A stretch of DNA of 64,000 nt from positions 2,349,342-2,413,341 of the forward strand of contig JADJWA010000001.1 in assembly GCA_016716605.1 (NCBI GenBank). The letters are read 5' to 3'. Positions 48,277 through 55,916 of the stretch are shown in pieces. Under the pieces are notes generated by a model. The model did not search any database. It worked only from the letters and a program-made list of their open reading frames with translations, and was not told the origin of the DNA. Made by a program: the position numbers and the translations under genes. Every line of letters starts with the position of its first letter. The first letter of the stretch is position 1. This DNA comes from Flavobacteriales bacterium (lineage in GTDB: Bacteria; Bacteroidota; Bacteroidia; Flavobacteriales_F; PHOS-HE28).

Positions 48277-50973
48277 ATGATGAACAAGATCCTCTTGAGC
48301 ATTATCTGCTTGGTCGGCCACCTGACCGCAGCAGCCGTTACCGTGAATATCTCGGTGAACTGGCAACCGCTGTGTACCGGCGCCAATGGTGAATTGAGCG
48401 CGTATGCAAGTGGAGGGGTGGGTCCATACACGTTCCTGTGGTCGAATGGGGCAACCAGCGAGACGATATCGAACCTGGAAGCCGGTACCTATAGCGTTAC
48501 CGTGACCGATGGCAACAGCGACCAAGCGACAGATGAGATCGAGTTGACCTCCATCGACTACTCGGACCCCAACTATTCGGGTTGGGGCACCAGGCCGTAT
48601 TGTCCCGGGGTGTATCCGGATGCGCCGTTCATCATCATCGTACCCGAGCTGAGCATGGTTCAATGGGGTCCACCACCGTACTTCCTGAACGGCGAGTTCA
48701 TGGATGTGGTCAACCCGTTCGAAAATTGGACGAACTACCTGGGCGCCGTGCCGGGAACTCCCGGGGTCACCTACAACATAACCTTCCAGGATGGCAATGG
48801 ATGCACGGGCCAATGGCCTGTAACTCCTGTTGGTCCGGTCCAATGGCCGGTGCTGGGGATCCTCAATATCCAGGGCTCCTGCGACAACTTCGACACAGGC
48901 AGCATCACGATCGCTTACGGCGGCACCAACGCCACCGAGACCAGTTACACGCTGGAGAATGTGAGCATCCAACAGATGATAGTGGCGCCTGGCAATGGGC
49001 AGTGGTTGGGGCCGAACCCCGGTACGATACAGCTCAACGAACTCCCTCCGGGTGATTACCGCTTCAGGCAGCGCATCATCGGACTGTGGGAAAGCCCCGA
49101 GTGTTACGATGAGCTCTTGTTCACCATTCCCGACCTGGGTCCCACTTGCGGCAGAGTGCAAGGACAGGCCTTCGTGGATTACAACGAGAACTGCACCAGG
49201 CAGTCGAACGAACCGTTCGCGCCGGGGCAGATCATTGAAGTGTTGCCGGGGCCCTATTACGCGACCACGGCCGGGTCGGGAGCGTATTCGCTGATACTCC
49301 CCTTCGGCAACTACACCTTGACCCAGCAAAGCACCCAGCTGGCCGAGCATTGTGCCGGTGGCCCGATCCCCTTCACCATCGCCGCATCACCGAACATCGT
49401 CACCCGCAACCTGCCGGACACCTCGTTGGTGGGCCTTGATGTGCAAGCCATGCTCAGCAGCGGTGCTGCCCGGCCTGGGTTCGAATTCCAGTACGCCATC
49501 AACGTGCGCAACCTGACCCCAGCGGCAAGCGGCGCCACCACGGTCACGTTCACCTTCGACCCCACCCTTACTTACCTCTCCGCCACGCCCACCCCCAGCA
49601 GTGTAAGCGGCAACACCATCACGTGGAACCAAGCCCAACTCACGGCATGGCAGTCGCGCAGTTACACCATCAGCTTCCAGGTACCGCCCGATGTGGGACT
49701 GCTGGGTTATGAATTGATGGCCACGGCCAACGTTTCCACCACCAATTCAGACGGCAACCCGGCCAACAACAGCGCCACCAACCTGCGCACCATCACCGGC
49801 GCATACGACCCCAATGACAAGCTCGCCTATACCAGCAGCGGCAGCACCGATGTTTGGGATATCAACGACGACGAGTGGATCGATTACACCATCCGCTTCC
49901 AGAACACCGGGACGGACACGGCCTTCCATGTGGTGATCACCGACACGCTGCCTGCCAATCTTGATCCGGGAAGCATCGTCATGGGAGCTGCCTCGCACAC
50001 GTTCTCGTGGGAATTACACGGCGAAGGAACACTGAAGTTCTACTTCCCGAGCATCCTGCTGCCCGACAGCAACATCAACGAGCCGCGCAGCCACGGCCTC
50101 GTCGGTTTCCGTATCCGCCCGCGATTGCCGCTATTGCCCGGCGATGAGATCGAGAACATCGCCAACATCTACTTCGACTTCAACCCGCCGGTGATCACCG
50201 AGCCGAGCGTGCTTGTAGTGCCTCTGCCAGGCGCGCTGGTGGCACCGCGCGTGCTGCTCGGTGGCCCATACGTGCAGGCCACGCAGCGTATGAACGATGG
50301 CCTGCGCACCGCTGGCCTGGTTCCGCTCGCCGAACCATACAGTGCACTCGGCTACAACCATGTCGGCGGTGGGGGAGAGAGCGTTGCACCGGCCGTGCTG
50401 GCAGTCACGGGCGACAACGCCATCGTGGATTGGGTGGTGGTTGAACTGCGCAGTGCCACGTCGCCCTATTCGGTGCTGGCCACGCGCAGCGCATTGGTGC
50501 AGCGCGATGGGGATGTGGTGGCCACGAATGGTACCGGTCCGATCACGTTCAGCCAGGGGAATGGCAACTACCGGATCGCCATCCGGCACCGCAACCACTT
50601 GGGGGCCATGACCAATGCCGCTGTGACCTTGAACACGAGCACGGCCACGCTGGTGGACCTTTCGGTTCCGGCCACGGCCACCTATGGCACCAGCGCGCGC
50701 AAAGCCGTGGGCACCCGCATGGTGCTTTGGAGCGGTGACATCAATTTTGACGGAATCGTGAAGTATGTCGGCTCAAACAATGACCGTGACCCCATCCTGA
50801 CTGCAATAGGGGGCAGCACGCCCACCACGGTGGTGAGCGGCTCCTATCATGGGACGGACGTGAACCTCGATGGACAGCTGAAGTACGTCGGAACGAACAA
50901 CGACCGCGACATCATCCTGCAGACCATCGGGGGCTCGGTGCCTACCGCGGTCCGACATGAGCAACTGCCTTAA
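48277..50973 (+). CDS. Array paralog 10: same N-terminal/DUF11 body, but the T9SS CTD is replaced by a ~250-aa tail with two D-x-N-x-D-G-x-V-K-Y-V-G Ca-binding-like repeats
   Basis: 898 aa. It is colinear with paralogs 1-9 up to …FDFNPPVITEPSVLV. After that it diverges (VPLPGALVAPRVLLGGPY…DINFDGIVKYVGSNNDRD…DVNLDGQLKYVGTNNDRD…). Confidence 0.8.
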   Translation: MMNKILLSIICLVGHLTAAAVTVNISVNWQPLCTGANGELSAYASGGVGPYTFLWSNGATSETISNLEAGTYSVTVTDGNSDQATDEIELTSIDYSDPNYSGWGTRPYCPGVYPDAPFIIIVPELSMVQWGPPPYFLNGEFMDVVNPFENWTNYLGAVPGTPGVTYNITFQDGNGCTGQWPVTPVGPVQWPVLGILNIQGSCDNFDTGSITIAYGGTNATETSYTLENVSIQQMIVAPGNGQWLGPNPGTIQLNELPPGDYRFRQRIIGLWESPECYDELLFTIPDLGPTCGRVQGQAFVDYNENCTRQSNEPFAPGQIIEVLPGPYYATTAGSGAYSLILPFGNYTLTQQSTQLAEHCAGGPIPFTIAASPNIVTRNLPDTSLVGLDVQAMLSSGAARPGFEFQYAINVRNLTPAASGATTVTFTFDPTLTYLSATPTPSSVSGNTITWNQAQLTAWQSRSYTISFQVPPDVGLLGYELMATANVSTTNSDGNPANNSATNLRTITGAYDPNDKLAYTSSGSTDVWDINDDEWIDYTIRFQNTGTDTAFHVVITDTLPANLDPGSIVMGAASHTFSWELHGEGTLKFYFPSILLPDSNINEPRSHGLVGFRIRPRLPLLPGDEIENIANIYFDFNPPVITEPSVLVVPLPGALVAPRVLLGGPYVQATQRMNDGLRTAGLVPLAEPYSALGYNHVGGGGESVAPAVLAVTGDNAIVDWVVVELRSATSPYSVLATRSALVQRDGDVVATNGTGPITFSQGNGNYRIAIRHRNHLGAMTNAAVTLNTSTATLVDLSVPATATYGTSARKAVGTRMVLWSGDINFDGIVKYVGSNNDRDPILTAIGGSTPTTVVSGSYHGTDVNLDGQLKYVGTNNDRDIILQTIGGSVPTAVRHEQLP

Positions 50974-51182
50974 GTGAAGAATTGACCGGCACAAGCAACC
51001 ATTTCCTTGCCGCCCGTCATTGGAGTGCTCTTACCCAAAGACCCGCACCATGGACCGCACCGTGCCTTCGGCAAGCAAGACCCGCACCTCGGACCGCTCC
51101 GCCCTGATCCGCACCAGCATGCTCCTCTTCGCCCTGCTGGCCGTGGCCTCGTTCGCGCTCGCCCGCGTAGTGGCCTAGCCCC

Positions 51183-52145
51183 TCACGGGAGCCTCGGCTC
51201 TGGCAGCCAGCCGCGCCGCTCCAGCGTATCGATCAGCGCTGCATTGAACAGCTCCACGCCCGCCTGATTCAGGTGCCCCTTCGTGAAGAAGTGAAGGCTG
51301 TCTGAGAGTTCCACCTTCCCGTTCATGTTGATGTACCGCCCGCTCGCTGCCATGCGCCGTTCGAATGCGTCGTGGTCCGAGAAGCCGTTCTCATAATACC
51401 AGCGGGTCATCGGCGCCTCAACGAGGATCACCTCCACGCCTTCCTCGCGCAGAGCTTTCAGCATCCGCTCAAAGGCATTCCATTGTATCGGCAGCGGTTC
51501 CACCGGCTCGCGTTTCAGGCTCCCCTTCGGATCGAAGTTCCCCGACCTGCGCTCCACGAAGCCGCCATCGATGTAGGCATCCATGCCGCGGACCCGCGCT
51601 TCCGGCAGCCGTTCATCGGCACCAGTGGCTTGCCTCACCAGGCCATAGGCGAGGGCGTTCCATGTGAGCACATCGCGCAAGCGCAGCGCCATGCCTAGAG
51701 TATGCGCGTCGATCGGCCGGTTGGCGATCATATCGATTGCGGACTCGATGCCGTCAGACCGGAAGGGGTTCGGATGCACTTCCACGATGACCAGCTTCGG
51801 CTTCAACCGGGACAGATGGGCCATCGCCAGCAACTCCGATTGCAGCAAGGATTGCGCGGAGGAGCCGAGGTTGAAGGACGTGTAGCCATGCTCCAGCCAG
51901 AAGCGCGGATCGAAGCCTCGGTAGGCGTGCGAACTGCCCATGAACACGATATCGACGGGTGGATGCTGAGCGAGTTCCTTCATCCGTGTGCGCTGGTGGC
52001 CGTATCCATTCAAGGGGTAACGGATATTCGGCGTGTAGGCATTGGGCAATGCGACGCTGAATAGGGTGAGCAGCACCGGGTAAAGGGCCGCGGTGAACAG
52101 GCCGAAGCCCAGCACGCGCAGCAGGAAGGGGAGGAGGGCGCGCAT
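51183..52145 (-). CDS. Hypothetical periplasm-facing partner protein of the MBOAT acyltransferase (DltD/AlgJ/AlgX-like SGNH-type, tentative)
   Basis: 320 aa with an N-terminal TM anchor. It overlaps the MBOAT stop by 1 bp, an arrangement typical of MBOAT plus accessory-protein pairs. Confidence 0.5.
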   Translation of the reverse strand: MRALLPFLLRVLGFGLFTAALYPVLLTLFSVALPNAYTPNIRYPLNGYGHQRTRMKELAQHPPVDIVFMGSSHAYRGFDPRFWLEHGYTSFNLGSSAQSLLQSELLAMAHLSRLKPKLVIVEVHPNPFRSDGIESAIDMIANRPIDAHTLGMALRLRDVLTWNALAYGLVRQATGADERLPEARVRGMDAYIDGGFVERRSGNFDPKGSLKREPVEPLPIQWNAFERMLKALREEGVEVILVEAPMTRWYYENGFSDHDAFERRMAASGRYINMNGKVELSDSLHFFTKGHLNQAGVELFNAALIDTLERRGWLPEPRLP

Positions 52146-53584
52146 CAGAACTGGAAGTAGATGAAGGGCACTTCGCCCACGGCCATGTAGATGCCAATGA
52201 CCGCGATCAGCAGCGCATAGAAGCCCCAGCGAAGCGGCCAGGGCCAGCGCATTCCCTGGCGCTCCAACGCGAACTGCTGCTCACGTCCGATCCATTCGAT
52301 CAGCACGAAGAAGCCGATGAGCCACGGGAGCGGCGCGTATTCGAAGACGGGCCGGTGGAAGAGGGAAGGAGAGAGCATGCCCGCGAGATAGTCGAAGGCC
52401 TGATCGAGATCCGCCGCGCGGAAGAAGACCCAGGCGATGCAGGTGAGCAGGAAGGTGAACCCGATCCGCAAGGCCTCGCCCGGCGTGGGGAGCCTGCGCC
52501 CGGCAGCAACGATCTCCAGGTGCTGGCGGTTGGCCCCGCGCAGCAGCAATGGCAGGAAGTACAGCGCATTCAACGCGCCCCACGCGATGAAGGTCCAATT
52601 GGCACCGTGCCAGAAGCCGCTGACGAGGAAGATGATGAAGGTGTTGCGCACCGCCATCCACCGGCCGCCCTTGCTGCCGCCGAGCGGGATGTACAGGTAG
52701 TCGCGGAACCAGGTGCTGAGGCTGATGTGCCAGCGGCGCCAGAATTCCGCCATGTCGCGCGAGAAGTAGGGGAAAGCGAAGTTGCGCATGAGCGAGAAGC
52801 CGAAGAGCCGTGCGCAGCCGATGGCGATGTCGCTGTATCCGCTGAAGTCGCCGTAGATTTGGAAGGCGAAGAGCACCGCGCCGAGCAGGAGCGTGCTGCC
52901 GCCCATGGCTTCATGTTGCCCGAAGATGCGGTCCACCTCCAGCGCGCAGTTGTCGGCGATCACCAGCTTCTTGAAGAGGCCCCAGAGCATCTGGCGCAAT
53001 CCGTCGGCGGCCTTGGCCCGGTCGAAGCGCTGGAGCACGGCGAATTGCGGCAGCAAGTTGGTGGCGCGCTCGATCGGTCCGGCAACGAGCTGCGGGAAGA
53101 AGCTCACGTACGCCGCGAAGGCCACCGGATCCCGCGATGGTGCGAGCTGCCTCCGGTACACATCGATCGAGTAGCTCAGGGTCTGGAAGGTGTAGAAGCT
53201 GATGCCGACCGGGAGGATGATATCGAGCCGTGCCGCCGCGATGGGCATGCCCAGGAAGGTGAAGGCGCTGGCGAATTCAGCGGCGAAGAAGTTGAAGTAC
53301 TTGAAGAAGCCCAGCAGGCCGAGGTTCACCACCAGGCTCGTGGCGAGCAGGGCCTTGCGCCTTGAAGGCTCTTCCGCGCGATCCAAAGAACGGCCCACGG
53401 CATAGTCCACCACGGTGCTGAAGGCGAGCAGGGAGAGGAAGCGCCAATCCCACCAGCCGTAGAACACATAGCTGGCTGCCAGCAGGATCAGGTTGCGGCG
53501 CGCGAGGCTCGTGCCGCCGGCCAGCCAATAGAGCAGGAAGACGACCGGCAGGAAGACGGCGAAATCGAGCGAATTGAAGAGCAT
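52145..53584 (-). CDS. MBOAT-family membrane-bound O-acyltransferase (AlgI/DltB-like)
   Basis: 479 aa and multi-TM. The conserved His lies in …FLVSGFWHGANWTF…. The N-terminus MLFNSLDFAVFLPVVFLLYW is typical of AlgI/DltB. Confidence 0.85.
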   Translation of the reverse strand: MLFNSLDFAVFLPVVFLLYWLAGGTSLARRNLILLAASYVFYGWWDWRFLSLLAFSTVVDYAVGRSLDRAEEPSRRKALLATSLVVNLGLLGFFKYFNFFAAEFASAFTFLGMPIAAARLDIILPVGISFYTFQTLSYSIDVYRRQLAPSRDPVAFAAYVSFFPQLVAGPIERATNLLPQFAVLQRFDRAKAADGLRQMLWGLFKKLVIADNCALEVDRIFGQHEAMGGSTLLLGAVLFAFQIYGDFSGYSDIAIGCARLFGFSLMRNFAFPYFSRDMAEFWRRWHISLSTWFRDYLYIPLGGSKGGRWMAVRNTFIIFLVSGFWHGANWTFIAWGALNALYFLPLLLRGANRQHLEIVAAGRRLPTPGEALRIGFTFLLTCIAWVFFRAADLDQAFDYLAGMLSPSLFHRPVFEYAPLPWLIGFFVLIEWIGREQQFALERQGMRWPWPLRWGFYALLIAVIGIYMAVGEVPFIYFQF

Positions 53585-53729
53585 GCCCGGCGGAATGCGA
53601 TGATGCGGCCAAAGATGGCCGAAAGCCCCGGGATCAGGCTAGGCGAGAATGGGGGCGTGGGCCGGGGCGGGCCTCGGCCCACCCCCCACCCTAAAGGGGA
53701 GATTCCCAATAGGCTCTTACTTTCGGACC

Positions 53730-54134
53730 ATGCCTGCCGTTGAACGCGTATGCCTGGAGTGCGGGGAGAAGATCGCGGGGCGCACCGATAAGCGCTTCTG
53801 CAGCGATGCCTGCCGCAACCTTTATCACTACCACACCAACAACGCGCCCATCAACTATGTGCGCAACGTGGTGAATGCCTTGAAGCGCAACCGGCGGATC
53901 CTATCCGAGCTGAACACCGGGCCGGAGGGCAAGACCAAGGTGCATCGCGACAAGCTGATCGAGAAGGGCTACACCTTCACCTACCACACCAACACGCACC
54001 GCACCAAGGCTGGCAATACCTACGTGTTCTGCTTCGAGCAGGGCTTCCTGGAACTGGGCGAGAATTGGTTCATGCTGGTGCGCCGCGACGAGTACCTGGA
54101 GCGCTCTGGCGACATCGCGCGCCGGGAGAACTGA
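53730..54134 (+). CDS. Hypothetical zinc-ribbon protein (CxxC…CxxxC)
   Basis: 134 aa from MPAVERVCLECGEK…CSDACRN. A TACTTTCG -7-like element lies 5-10 bp upstream. Confidence 0.55.
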   Translation: MPAVERVCLECGEKIAGRTDKRFCSDACRNLYHYHTNNAPINYVRNVVNALKRNRRILSELNTGPEGKTKVHRDKLIEKGYTFTYHTNTHRTKAGNTYVFCFEQGFLELGENWFMLVRRDEYLERSGDIARREN

Positions 54135-54139
54135 GCCGG

Positions 54140-54265
54140 TCAGCTCGCGGCCCAGATCAGCAGCACGATCATGCCCAGGATCATCAGGGCGAAGAGCACA
54201 GGGCCGCCGATCTCGTTCTGTTCGGCCTCTTCAGGGAAATGACCTTCGAATTGGTGGTCGCTCAT
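54140..54265 (-). CDS. Small hydrophobic protein (41 aa), tentative
   Basis: MSDHQFEGHFPEEAEQNEIGGPVLFALMILGMIVLLIWAAS has a single TM helix. Confidence 0.3.
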   Translation of the reverse strand: MSDHQFEGHFPEEAEQNEIGGPVLFALMILGMIVLLIWAAS

Positions 54266-54347
54266 GGCGCGGTCCGGGTATGGTCCGGGTCGGTGCCAAA
54301 TATAGACGCGGCCGCGAACAGCCATTGCGAGCCTGGAGGCCGGCGCC

Positions 54348-54539
54348 TCAGTTTAGGCTGAAGGTGGGCTGGCGAAGCACCATGCGGGCGATCACGGGAC
54401 TCTCGTTGGCGCGCATGCGGCTGATCAGGGCATGCACTTGCTCGTCAAGTTCGCGGTCGCTGAGTTTCGCCAGGTCCTTGTACACGGGCAAGCTGCTCTT
54501 GCTCTTCAGGATGAGCGCTATTTTATACGTGCGTGACAT
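54348..54539 (-). CDS. Small hypothetical protein (63 aa)
   Basis: MSRTYKIALILKSKSSLPVYKDLAKLSDRELDEQVHALISRMRANESPVIARMV… has protein-like composition. The upstream ORF-table extension is R/G/P-rich and looks like GC-rich noncoding sequence. Confidence 0.35.
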   Translation of the reverse strand: MSRTYKIALILKSKSSLPVYKDLAKLSDRELDEQVHALISRMRANESPVIARMVLRQPTFSLN

Positions 54540-54789
54540 GGTTCCAGGTAGTAGACGAAGTACAGGCCTATGGGGATGCCTTGCGCCCAAGCCGGAACCA
54601 CCCGATTCGAGGAAAGGCCGTGACCGCAAGAGGAAGGGAGCTAGCGCGACGGGGAACCCGCCGCCGCCTCGATCCGGGGCTCGATGACCATGGTCCATGG
54701 CTCCTCCCTGCAGTAGGGCGATCCGTGAATGGGTGGGCTTCCGGGCTAGCCGCGCTCGCCCGTGCCGCGCTTGGCCCACCTGGTTGAAG

Positions 54790-54816
54790 AAAAGCCCTGA
54801 TGACATCGTCATCAGA
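54790..54816 (-). terminator. Rho-independent terminator downstream of tRNA-Pro (minus strand)
   Basis: Hairpin CTGATGAC-ATC-GTCATCAG. On the minus strand it is followed by GGCTTTTCTTC. Confidence 0.55.
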
Positions 54817-54828
54817 GCTTGGCTCTTG

Positions 54829-54903
54829 TCGGGGTGAGTGGATTCGAACCACCGACCTCGTCGTCCCGAACGACGCGCGCTAACCGGGCTGCGCTACACC
54901 CCG
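54829..54903 (-). tRNA. tRNA-Pro (anticodon CGG), 75 nt, no encoded CCA
   Basis: Folds by hand into a cloverleaf: acceptor CGGGGTG/CACCCCG, D-arm GCGC…GCGC, anticodon stem CGTCG/CGACG with loop TTCGGGA (G37), and T-arm GGTGG-TTCGAAT-CCACT. Confidence 0.85.
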
Positions 54904-54937
54904 AACTGGAAAGGGGGCCAAATATAGACGGGGGCGC

Positions 54938-55624
54938 TCAGGCCTCGAAGGTGTAGCCGATCCCTTTCACGGTGCGGATGCGGTCGTCGCCGATCTTCTC
55001 GCGCAGTTTGCGGATGTGCACGTCGATGGTCCGGTCGCCCACGAAGAGCTCACTGCCCCACACCTCGTTGTAGATGGCCTCACGCTTGAACACCTTGCCG
55101 GGCTTGCTCATGAGCAGCACCAGCAGCTCGAATTCCTTCTTCGGAAGGTGCATTTCCTGCTCACCCACCTTCACCACCACCTTCTCCAGGTCCACCCGCA
55201 CCCCGTTGGCCTCGATGTACTGCTGGTCGGGCCTTTCGGAGCTGGTGCGCTTCAGCAGGGCCTTCACCTTGCTCACGAACACCTTGGGCCGCAAGGGTTT
55301 GGTGATGAAATCATCCGCGCCGGCCTCAAAGCCCGCGATCTGGGTGTAATCCTCCCCGCGCGCCGTGAGGAAGGTGATGATCGTGTTCTTGAATTCGGGC
55401 AGCTGCCGGAGCTGATTGCAAACCTCCACGCCGTCCATGCCGGGCATCATGATATCCAGCACGATCAGATCGGGCCGCACGGCCTTGGCCACCTTCATGG
55501 CATCGTGCCCGTTCGATGCACTGGAAACCGCGAAGCCTTCGCGCTCGAGATTGTACTTCAGCAGTTCGATGATATCCGGCTCATCGTCCACCAGGAGTAC
55601 TTTGGGATTGAGTGTTCCAGCCAT
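54938..55624 (-). CDS. OmpR/PhoB-family response regulator (REC + winged-helix)
   Basis: Receiver motifs KVLLVDDEPD and LIVLDIMMPGMDG are present, with a C-terminal winged helix (…VHIRKLREKIGDDRIRTVKGIGYTFE). The ATG (MAGTLNPKV) was chosen as start; a TTG at 55666 is an alternative. Confidence 0.85.
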   Translation of the reverse strand: MAGTLNPKVLLVDDEPDIIELLKYNLEREGFAVSSASNGHDAMKVAKAVRPDLIVLDIMMPGMDGVEVCNQLRQLPEFKNTIITFLTARGEDYTQIAGFEAGADDFITKPLRPKVFVSKVKALLKRTSSERPDQQYIEANGVRVDLEKVVVKVGEQEMHLPKKEFELLVLLMSKPGKVFKREAIYNEVWGSELFVGDRTIDVHIRKLREKIGDDRIRTVKGIGYTFEA

Positions 55625-55755
55625 GTGCGGATTGCTGGCGGCAAAGGTGCCGGGTGAGGTCGGCAACCGTGTTAAGGCGCGATCAAATGTAGGTTAAGGC
55701 CCTTGGGTGCTCCAGCGTCCTTGGTGGTGCGCTCGCGCTACATTCGCGGCCATAA

Positions 55756-55828
55756 GCGGGAGTAGCTCAGTTGGTAGAGCATCAGCTTCCCAAGCTGAGG
55801 GTCGCGGGTTCGAATCCCGTTTCCCGCT
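55756..55828 (+). tRNA. tRNA-Gly (anticodon CCC), 73 nt, discriminator U
   Basis: Acceptor GCGGGAG/TTCCCGC, D-arm GCTC-AGTTGGTA-GAGC, anticodon stem TCAGC/GCTGA with loop TTCCCAA, and T-arm GCGGG-TTCGAAT-CCCGT. Confidence 0.85.
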
Positions 55829-55831
55829 CAA

Positions 55832-55858
55832 GGCCCCAATCTGTTTGGGGCCTTTCAA
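55832..55858 (+). terminator. Rho-independent terminator after tRNA-Gly
   Basis: Hairpin GGCCCCAA-TCTG-TTTGGGGCC followed by TTTCAATT. Confidence 0.6.
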
Positions 55859-55916
55859 TTCAAAAAAGGGACCCAAGCCCTCCTAGTCAGGCCATGCATC
55901 CTATTGGCGACCAACG

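Larger units (their letters stand above)
28175..50973 (+). repeat. 22.8-kb head-to-tail array of ten paralogous genes (unit ~2.2-2.7 kb)
   Basis: All ten proteins share the same domain order. Several nucleotide blocks are near-identical across copies, for example ATCTACTTCGACTTCAACCCGCCGGTGATCACCGAGCCGAGCGTGCTGGTGGCGGAGTTCAG. Confidence 0.9.

Noticed and set aside
35415-49350. Many 60-457-aa antisense ORFs inside the paralog array (e.g. 35415-36056, 36974-38209, 42208-43320, 47424-48431, 47977-49350)
   Set aside because: They are antisense to CDSs with strong, repeated domain signatures. Their translations are R/H/G/A/P-rich.
52355-53365. 336-aa plus-strand ORF antisense to the MBOAT gene
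   Set aside because: Glu/Ala/Arg low-complexity translation, whereas the minus strand encodes a conserved multi-TM MBOAT.
54590-54790. Possible SRP (4.5S) RNA or 6S RNA
   Set aside because: There is only a weak resemblance (CCGGAAG…) to the SRP domain-IV motif GGUCCGGAAGGAAGCAGCC. No convincing helix-8 fold could be built by hand.
55016-55876. Plus-strand ORFs over the OmpR regulator gene and minus-strand ORF 55694-55876 over tRNA-Gly
   Set aside because: They overlap a clear response-regulator CDS and a tRNA gene respectively.
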